From an uncultured bacterium (GTDB lineage: Bacteria; Hydrogenedentota; Hydrogenedentia; Hydrogenedentales; JAEUWI01): a stretch of DNA of 11,620 nucleotides. Where the stretch lies: the NCBI GenBank assembly GCA_963977445.1, contig CAXBPH010000221.1:1-11620 (forward strand), read 5' to 3'. A model generated the notes under the pieces. The model was not told the origin of the DNA, did not search any database, and saw nothing but the letters and a program-made list of their open reading frames with translations. This document shows, piece after piece, positions 1-6,359 of this stretch. Both the position numbers and the translations under genes were made by a program. Position 1 is the first letter of the stretch. Every line of letters begins with the position of its first letter.

Positions 1-564
1 GATGCTGCCGGGCACGCCACTGAGTTGGCTGCTGTAAACGGACTGAATCGAGTCAACCACGACAAAACTGTATTTGTCTTTTTGAATCTCTTTCGTAATA
101 TTCGTTACCGACGTTTCGGTGTAGATAAAGAGGTGCTCATGGATGGCCTTGAGGCGATCCGCCCGCAGTCGGGCCTGGCTGAAGGATTCTTCGCCCGATA
201 CATAGAGGACGGGGCCGTTGTTCGCCGCAAGATACTTGGAAAGCTGGAGCATCAAGGTGGACTTGCCGATGCCCGGGTCGCCGCCGACGAGAATGAGGGA
301 GCCCGGCACAATGCCGCCGCCAAGGACCCGGTCGCATTCTGACATGCCGGTCGAGATGCGTGTGGGCGGCGGTTGGGAACCGTCGGTGACGGGAATTGGC
401 TTGCTGGAAGCCACGATGCTCGCCCGCTTATGGGTTCCTTCTTCGGCCACTTCCTCTTCGGCCAGGGTATTCCACTCGGCGCATTCGGGACACTTGCCCA
501 TCCATTTGGCGGCAACAGAACCACAGGACTGACAGACAAACTGGGTGCGGGGAGGCTTACTCAT
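1..564 (-). CDS. radA: DNA repair protein RadA/Sms, N-terminal 188 codons (truncated by the window edge)
   Basis: Manual translation from ATG at 564: MSKPPRTQFVCQSCGSVAAKWMGKCPECAEWNTL (C4 zinc finger), RISTGMSECDRVLGGGIVPGSLILVGGDPGIGKSTLMLQ (Walker A), VLYVSGEES, VVVDSIQ (Walker B). The frame is open to position 1. Confidence 0.97.
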   Translation of the reverse strand, partial: MSKPPRTQFVCQSCGSVAAKWMGKCPECAEWNTLAEEEVAEEGTHKRASIVASSKPIPVTDGSQPPPTRISTGMSECDRVLGGGIVPGSLILVGGDPGIGKSTLMLQLSKYLAANNGPVLYVSGEESFSQARLRADRLKAIHEHLFIYTETSVTNITKEIQKDKYSFVVVDSIQSVYSSQLSGVPGSI

Positions 565-1387
565 TGGCACCCCCCTGCGAATCGTCAAATTCCGTCTCCG
601 CCGGTTTGGGTGCCGGGGCGGTGACCGCCAGAATGCCTACATACTCAAGGCCCGGCGTTTTCCGACCGATGGCAGGCGCATAAAGGCCCGACAACGAGCC
701 GTCGAGATAGAGGGCGTTGGGACAGTTCAACACGTCGCGAAAATAAGACGCGAAGGTGTGTAGATTTACAGGGAGATTGGCAATCACAATCGCAATGCGC
801 GTTGGCGAGGCCACGCCGATTCCGTTGCGAAAATGCACACTGGTCGAGTCCGCATTAAACTTGGGATGAAGCGCACCGTCTATAACCAGCAAGGGTCCCG
901 ATTGAACCGCCAAGCTTGGCTGGGGCGTCGCGGTGGCATAGTCTTCGGTGGTCCGAATGTGGGCCCCGGCGTCGTCGATGTAAAAGACACCATTGGGTTT
1001 CAGGGCAAAATTACCCTTGCCCCCCGTGTGGGGATTGAGGCCCCGCAGCTCCTGCCCCTGCGCTACGTGGAGTCCGAGGGGCGTGCGGTCTTCGGCGTAA
1101 ATGCCCGAATTCGTCGCCACGACCAGGGTCTTCCCCTGGGTGCCAAGCCAGGATTCCAGGCGGGCAAAATTGACAAAGGGCTTGTTGTCCGTATCTTTCC
1201 AGAACAACTCAAGCTTCGCCGTCGTCAAATCTACCCACGCGACGGTAAATGGAACCCCATGAAAAGACTCCGACGTAAACGACACGCCAGAGGCATCATT
1301 ATTCTCGGCCACGACCGAAATACTACTGCCCAGCGCTGCAAGAAAGATGCAGGCGCAGGCCAAGTATATTCGAAAAGTTCGCGGCAT
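557..1387 (-). CDS. Secreted phosphodiester glycosidase family protein (YigE/DUF2233, NAGPA-like)
   Basis: N-terminal signal-peptide-like segment; motifs NSGIY..D..PLGLHV, GNFALKPNGVFY, QSGPLLVIDG, RNGIGV and CPNALYLDG are typical of YigE/DUF2233. Confidence 0.88.
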   Translation of the reverse strand: MPRTFRIYLACACIFLAALGSSISVVAENNDASGVSFTSESFHGVPFTVAWVDLTTAKLELFWKDTDNKPFVNFARLESWLGTQGKTLVVATNSGIYAEDRTPLGLHVAQGQELRGLNPHTGGKGNFALKPNGVFYIDDAGAHIRTTEDYATATPQPSLAVQSGPLLVIDGALHPKFNADSTSVHFRNGIGVASPTRIAIVIANLPVNLHTFASYFRDVLNCPNALYLDGSLSGLYAPAIGRKTPGLEYVGILAVTAPAPKPAETEFDDSQGGANE

Positions 1388-1428
1388 AGATCAATTCAAT
1401 TCCAGGACGATCCGTTGGGCTGACAAAG

Positions 1429-1449
1429 GGCGGTAAGTCCTTTACCGCC
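1429..1449. repeat. Perfect 8-bp inverted repeat (hairpin or operator) in the divergent intergenic region
   Basis: GGCGGTAA (1429-1436), 5-nt loop, TTACCGCC (1442-1449). No U-tract follows. Confidence 0.6.
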
Positions 1450-1547
1450 TATGTGATAAGGATAACACACCTCAGCCCTTCGGGGCAATGAAAACCGCAT
1501 TTTTCACTCCAGTATGCATGAATTGTGTGCAATATACCGCCACAGCT

Positions 1548-1556
1548 TGGTAGAAT
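1548..1556 (+). promoter_or_regulatory. Putative extended -10 promoter element for lysA
   Basis: TGgTAGAAT about 120 nt upstream of the probable lysA start. Confidence 0.4.
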
Positions 1557-1674
1557 TTCCTACGGCTGTCGCTCAAGATTACCTCCACGACGTGGAGACA
1601 ACGACACGACGAAATCCCTGCACCTATATTCACGGCACCTCCCTTATGGAGTGCCACAAAGGATCACAATATTC

Positions 1675-2928
1675 ATGGAATCGCTCCGCTTTCTTTCTGC
1701 CGACGAAGTTCGTACTATTGCCCGGGACCATGGTACGCCCATTTACGTCTATGACGAAGCCACCTTGCGTCAGCGGGCGGCGGAAGTGCTCGCATTCCCC
1801 CATGCCTTCGGTTTGACGGCGCGCTATGCCATGAAAGCCCTTCCTACGGCTGCGGTGGTGCAGGTATTGACCCAGGCAGGCCTCCAGATTGATGCCAGCA
1901 GTGGCTATGAGGCCGAGCGGGCCATTCGTGCCGGTGTGGCCCCGGAACACATACAGATCACCGCCCAGGAAATACCACGCTTCCTGAAAGAATTGATTGA
2001 CCAGGGGGTGCGCTTCAACGCCTGCTCCATCAACCAGCTTCGGGCCTATGGCACGCTGTTTCCCGGCACCGAAGTATCGGTCCGCATCAACCCGGGCCTC
2101 GGCTCAGGACACAGCAACCGCACCAATGTGGGCGGGCCCTCATCAAGTTTCGGCATCTGGCACGAACACCTCGACGAGGTAAAGGCCGTCGCTGCCGAAC
2201 ACCAACTCACCATCAGCGGCATGCACACCCATATCGGGTCGGGCTCTGATCCCGATGCCTGGGCGCGCTGCGCGGGACTGTCCCTGGCCATCGTGGAGCG
2301 CCTTCCCGACGTCACCCGACTGAGCCTCGGGGGCGGTTTCAAGGTGGGTCGCATGACGGGCGAGATTTCGGCAGACATGACCAGCATCGGCAATCGGGTC
2401 AAAGATGACTTCGTGGCCTTTGCCGCCCAGCACGGTCGCGAACTCCATCTCGAAGTGGAACCGGGCACCTTCCTGGTGGCCAACGCCGGCGCCCTCGTCA
2501 CGACCATCATGGATGTAGTCGATACCGGCGCCGAGGGGTATACCTTCCTCAAGATAGACGGCGGCATGACCGAAATCGTTCGGCCGAGCATGTATGGTGC
2601 CCAGCACCCCATCGTCGTTGTACCCCAGACCGATGAACGTCGTGGACATGGCACCTACCTCATTACGGGACACTGCTGCGAAAGCGGTGACATCCTCACC
2701 CCCGAACCGGGCAATCCCGAGGGCCTGCTGCCCCGCGACCTCTGCGAAGCCCAATTGGGTGACTATCTGGTCATCGAAGGGGCGGGGGCCTATTGCGCAG
2801 GTATGGCGTCCAAGAACTACAATTCCTTCCCCGAATGCGCAGAGCTTCTGCGCGGAGACAACGGCGAAGTACGGCTCATTCGGAAGCGCCAGGACTTGAG
2901 TCAGATCATGCAAAATGAGGTACTGTAG
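1675..2928 (+). CDS. lysA: Diaminopimelate decarboxylase
   Basis: GTPIYVYDE, YAMKA (PLP lysine), HTHIGS, LGGGF, EPG.FLV, RPSMYGA.H, CESGD, GAY..MASKNYN. Start placed at ATG 1675 (MESLRF), after AAAGGA at 1658-1663, rather than at 1525. Confidence 0.93.
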   Translation: MESLRFLSADEVRTIARDHGTPIYVYDEATLRQRAAEVLAFPHAFGLTARYAMKALPTAAVVQVLTQAGLQIDASSGYEAERAIRAGVAPEHIQITAQEIPRFLKELIDQGVRFNACSINQLRAYGTLFPGTEVSVRINPGLGSGHSNRTNVGGPSSSFGIWHEHLDEVKAVAAEHQLTISGMHTHIGSGSDPDAWARCAGLSLAIVERLPDVTRLSLGGGFKVGRMTGEISADMTSIGNRVKDDFVAFAAQHGRELHLEVEPGTFLVANAGALVTTIMDVVDTGAEGYTFLKIDGGMTEIVRPSMYGAQHPIVVVPQTDERRGHGTYLITGHCCESGDILTPEPGNPEGLLPRDLCEAQLGDYLVIEGAGAYCAGMASKNYNSFPECAELLRGDNGEVRLIRKRQDLSQIMQNEVL

Positions 2929-2998
2929 TTGACGGCATACTGAGGTGCTCGGTATCGGCAATTGTAGCTCCCGTGGGGTGCTGGAGTGCGGGCATCAC

Positions 2999-3028
2999 TT
3001 GACGCCTGCCCCGTCCCTGCCCTACACT
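2999..3028 (+). promoter_or_regulatory. Putative sigma70-type promoter for the transglutaminase-like gene
   Basis: TTGACG (2999-3004), 18-nt spacer, TACACT (3023-3028). Confidence 0.5.
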
Positions 3029-3074
3029 CGGGATGTCGGCTCTTTCGCCCTACCTCCACCCATTGGAAAATGCC

Positions 3075-3872
3075 ATGTGGTTACGCACCTCCTGCGTCTT
3101 GGAATTTGACGCGCCTGTTTCCACGCCCTTCCTGTTCATGCTCCGTCCTCGAAGTGGCGAACAGCAATGGGTCAGCCGCGAGGAATTCGTCCTCACGCCA
3201 AGAATAAGCGCCGATGAATGCACCGATCCCTTTGGCAACCTATGCCAGCGCATGGTCGTGCCTGCGGGCCCCTTTATAATTCGCACCACCACCGATGTGG
3301 AAGTGGCAAGCGAAGTGGACGTAGCCCCCGGAGCGCCCTTCGTAGAGGTTCAGGCGCTTCCTCATTCGGTTCTCCCCTTTCTCTTACCGAGTCGGTATTG
3401 TGAATCCGATCGCTTTTCCCAGATGGCCGCCTCGCTGGTCACCGGCTACCTGCCCGGCTACGATCAGTGTGCCGCCATTGTGCAATACATTCGGAACACC
3501 ATTCCTTATGTCCCAGGCACCGGACAGCAGATTATCAGCGCCTGCGAAGTAAACGAACGCAATGAAGCCGTGTGCCGGGATATGGCCCACCTCGGTATTG
3601 CCTTGTGCCGTGCCCTCTCCATTCCGACCCGCATGGTCGTGGGCTATCTTGCGACCTTGGAGCCTATGGATCTTCATGCCTGGTTTGAGGCCTATGTGGG
3701 CGATCGCTGGTATACGTTTGACCCGACCCAACCAACCCTGCAGGGCGGTCGGGTAGCCATCGCCTATGGACGGGACGCTGCCGATGTAGCGATCTATACC
3801 CAGTTTGGCGACCCCGTCGAGATAGTGCGCATGGAAGTCAGTGTGCAACAACTTCAGAATCCCCCCTCCTGA
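3075..3872 (+). CDS. Transglutaminase-like (cysteine protease fold) family protein
   Basis: [36 protein letters not shown] (catalytic Cys), DLHAWFEAY (His), W.TFDPT (Asp), GRDAADV. Start chosen at ATG 3075; ATG 3033 lies only about 5 nt after the predicted -10. Confidence 0.92.
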   Translation: MWLRTSCVLEFDAPVSTPFLFMLRPRSGEQQWVSREEFVLTPRISADECTDPFGNLCQRMVVPAGPFIIRTTTDVEVASEVDVAPGAPFVEVQALPHSVLPFLLPSRYCESDRFSQMAASLVTGYLPGYDQCAAIVQYIRNTIPYVPGTGQQIISACEVNERNEAVCRDMAHLGIALCRALSIPTRMVVGYLATLEPMDLHAWFEAYVGDRWYTFDPTQPTLQGGRVAIAYGRDAADVAIYTQFGDPVEIVRMEVSVQQLQNPPS

Positions 3873-3896
3873 CGAATCGAATCTTAGCTTCGCCAG

Positions 3897-4685
3897 TTAC
3901 CCCTGCACGGCCTTGGCCCGGGCCTCTCGGGCCGTCTGCTGAATTTCCAGCCAGGGGAAGCGACGCTCACCTGCAAAAGGTTGGGGCGGCGTACCAAACA
4001 TCATGATGTAGGCGCGACGGGGCTGGTCCGTGTGATTGGCACCGGCATAGTGCAGAGTGCGGGCCAGGTGGAAGGTCGCTCCCCCTGCAGGCAACGGACA
4101 GGCCACCGCCGCCGCATCGTCGACCGGCGTATCCACTTCAAGGCCATGGACCCGTGGGTCGTGATTTATAGGATGATGGGCCTGCACCTCGCCCCGATGA
4201 CTTCCCGGAATAAAATGCATGCACCCGTTCTCCAGGGTTGCTTCCTGGAGAGGAATCCACAAACTGAGGGCATTGTATGCCAGGTCCGGGCTCCAGTAGG
4301 CCTCATCCTGATGCCAGGGCGTTGCCACGCCCTTGCCCGCCGGTTTGAGAATCGCGTGATCGCCCTGGGCCTCCGTGCCCTCTCCCAAAAGTTGGCGGGC
4401 CAGTGCCAAGGCGGTCTGCCCGCATTGAAGGGCGGCAAAGGCAGGCTCGTAGCGGGATGGATTGAGCATCTGTTGCAGCTTGGCAGGTGCGCCCGCCTCA
4501 TCATCACCGGCCAAGTCAAAGTGGTCGCCCGCCTCCCGGCCCGTCTGGTTTGCGAAAAGCCTGTCGTAAAGACCACGCATTTTTTCTACCTCGTCGGGAG
4601 ACACCAGCGCATCCACGGCAAGATAACCCGACTCATGGAATGATGCAATTTGCTCGGCGGATAACACAGATATCGTGGCTGACAT
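3897..4685 (-). CDS. Phytanoyl-CoA dioxygenase (PhyH) family Fe(II)/2-oxoglutarate dioxygenase
   Basis: LSAEQIASFHESGYL, TPWHQDEAYW (HxD), WIPLQEATLENGCMHFIPGSH, TLHYAGAN.TDQPRRA (distal His and Arg). Start at ATG 4685 with GGAG upstream. Confidence 0.92.
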   Translation of the reverse strand: MSATISVLSAEQIASFHESGYLAVDALVSPDEVEKMRGLYDRLFANQTGREAGDHFDLAGDDEAGAPAKLQQMLNPSRYEPAFAALQCGQTALALARQLLGEGTEAQGDHAILKPAGKGVATPWHQDEAYWSPDLAYNALSLWIPLQEATLENGCMHFIPGSHRGEVQAHHPINHDPRVHGLEVDTPVDDAAAVACPLPAGGATFHLARTLHYAGANHTDQPRRAYIMMFGTPPQPFAGERRFPWLEIQQTAREARAKAVQG

Positions 4686-4725
4686 AGGGGCAGGGCTCCG
4701 GGTAGGTATTTCCGCTGTTGGACCT

Positions 4726-4755
4726 ATCCTACGAGAGCCCGTCAACACACTGCAA
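4726..4755 (-). promoter_or_regulatory. Putative sigma70-type promoter for the PhyH-family gene
   Basis: On the minus strand: TTGCAG, 18-nt spacer, TAGGAT, about 40 nt upstream of ATG 4685. Confidence 0.3.
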
Positions 4756-4919
4756 CCGAAACAAACCTTCCAGAGCACAGGAAAATTAAACGGTTCATGG
4801 GCAACTAGTGGCGATTATTTATTTGAAACTTCAAGTGCCGGAGGTAAAAGGTGACTCGATGGAATCTTGCGAATCATGTCGCCACGCATCATTCTTCAGA
4901 TAAAGCTACAAACCATGGA

Positions 4920-5110
4920 CGTGCCGCGCGATCTGGTACTCCAGTTCGTGCGAAGGGGCTGTGGGACGTCATTGGGGTCTATGTAGTTGTGATATGTCTT
5001 CACGAGGCCATTGGGGACAAAACATTGTGCTTGGTCGTGGCCTTGATGTAGAGACGCAGTCGTATCGCCCATTCCGCGCACGAACCGGGAATACCGGATC
5101 GCGCGGCACG
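4920..5110. repeat. Imperfect 33/34-bp inverted repeat pair enclosing about 124 nt
   Basis: 4920-4952 CGTGCCGCGCGATCTGGTACTCC-AGTTCGTGCG versus reverse complement of 5077-5110 CGTGCCGCGCGATCCGGTATTCCCGGTTCGTGCG: 30 of 34 identical (3 transitions, 1 indel). Confidence 0.93.
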
Positions 5111-5314
5111 ATTGATGGGTGTAGTTTGTTTTTGGCGGAGTGAGTTTTTGTTGGCACCCACCTGCGGCGCACCGTTGGCCTTCAAACGGAGGCGAGACGT
5201 ACGCCTGTGGCGGAAGCAACGCGGGGGAGCTGCGAGGGCAATCGCATTAAAACCGACGCGCGCAAAATATAAGTTTGGTGGGCTCCTGAATCAACAAAGC
5301 GAACGCGATAGTGC

Positions 5315-5367
5315 CACCCGATCACGCTCTTCGTACGGCGTAGTCGTACCAAGAGCGGGTTCGGGTG
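5315..5367. repeat. 53-nt symmetric palindrome (25-nt arms, 3-nt loop)
   Basis: CACCCGA/TCGGGTG, CGCTCTT/AAGAGCG and GTACGGC/GTCGTAC all pair in one register: 21 Watson-Crick pairs, 1 G-U, 3 mismatches. Confidence 0.9.
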
Positions 5368-5829
5368 CCTTGACCCGCGCCTTTGTCCGATTAATGTGGA
5401 TGCCACCGTAGCACGGTTCACCGAAATGCCTGCAATGAAACAAGGCCACCGCCAAGTCGTCCACCAACCCGGCCAGTAGCGCAAGAGATGAATGTCCTAC
5501 CCGTATTACGTCGGACCAGCGCTCCCAATTGTCAAAGACTGCTTTAAGCGAAGTAGCCAAGCCGACGGCTGGTTGTCTTCTTGTAGACGCGCGCGTACGC
5601 TGCCGAAGCAAACGAGCAAAATCAGATCGAGGTCTCCCTTCGCTTATTTCGTTCACAACTGCGTCCCCCTTCAAAAATTGGGTATCCCTCCTCCCCACTC
5701 ACGGTGAGGCGTGAGCCACATCAGGCGGACCCGGCATAAAATTGGGGCCACCAGCTTTGCACGATACGTCGTGCACAGGTGTCACGCTCATGCTTCCCCA
5801 TACCCGCCACCTTCAACGTCCACGAGGAT

Positions 5830-6174
5830 CTACCGAAAGACGAACGTCCAGTCATAAGGCACAAAGCCGGCACAGTCCCGACGATGGAGAAAGCGAGTGG
5901 GTTGCCCCGGTGCGCCGACGGCCACCGTGTCGCCGGAGAGCACAATATAGCAGTAGATGCTTTTTTGAACCGTTGCACGATAAAGCTGAACACTGAGAAA
6001 CAACATCGCGACCAGCGAGGCCCCAATCACCCCCCAGGCAATCCATCCGAGACCATCTCCCGGACCATCAATGAGAACGACGATGGCAATGGCCGCGAGA
6101 AGGTGGACCAGGCCAAAAACGCGAATGGCGTAGTAGCTCTGCGCTTGTGCCTTCGTCCGCTTGTAGGTTGTCAT
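5830..6174 (-). CDS. Hypothetical small membrane protein with two predicted TM helices; possibly a frameshifted or truncated gene
   Basis: GGAGG about 9 nt before ATG 6174; hydrophobic stretches VFGLVHLLAAIAIVVLI and LGWIAWGVIGASLVAMLFLSV. No family recognised. Confidence 0.6.
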   Translation of the reverse strand: MTTYKRTKAQAQSYYAIRVFGLVHLLAAIAIVVLIDGPGDGLGWIAWGVIGASLVAMLFLSVQLYRATVQKSIYCYIVLSGDTVAVGAPGQPTRFLHRRDCAGFVPYDWTFVFR

Positions 6175-6359
6175 CGTGAATTGCCTCCAGAAATTGCCGC
6201 GCCCCAGACTAATAAGTAAAGAATATCATCTTCCGCTGATGGCCGTCGATTATTTTTTCTCGGGCCTGATATCGCCCTCCCCACGCCCAATTCATTGGAT
6301 TGGCTCCTTCCCATGGGGTAGGATATTCTTTCTATTAAACCTATTTCTGGAGAGTTGCT

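Larger units (their letters stand above)
4793..5721. ncRNA. Candidate large structured non-coding element (unknown ncRNA or palindromic mobile remnants); family not recognised
   Basis: No credible long ORF; near-continuous tiling by helices, including a 34-bp and a 25-bp inverted repeat. Boundaries and strand are uncertain. Confidence 0.45.

Noticed and set aside
25..539. Several short ORFs in the track (25-342, 218-532, 252-539)
   Set aside because: They overlap radA, which the track missed because its stop lies outside the window.
1525..1674. 50-codon N-terminal extension of lysA
   Set aside because: Not LysA-like; it contains the predicted promoter and an RBS in front of ATG 1675.
2046..2961. 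Minus-strand ORFs of 202 and 272 aa
   Set aside because: Antisense shadows of lysA.
3873..3896. Expected bidirectional terminator between convergent genes
   Set aside because: Only a 4-bp CGAA/TTCG stem; no supportable terminator.
4920..5392. Integron attC interpretation of the two rods
   Set aside because: No RYYYAAC...GTTRRRY ends in the right register, the first rod is longer than typical attC sites, and there is no integrase in the window.
4955..5466. tmRNA-like ends (GGGGCTG ... TCCACCA)
   Set aside because: No T-arm (GTTCRA) before the CCA, poor acceptor-stem pairing and no tag ORF seen.
4793..5721. Group II intron, retron or CRISPR array
   Set aside because: No domain V-like sequence found, no reverse transcriptase in the window, and no regularly spaced direct repeats.
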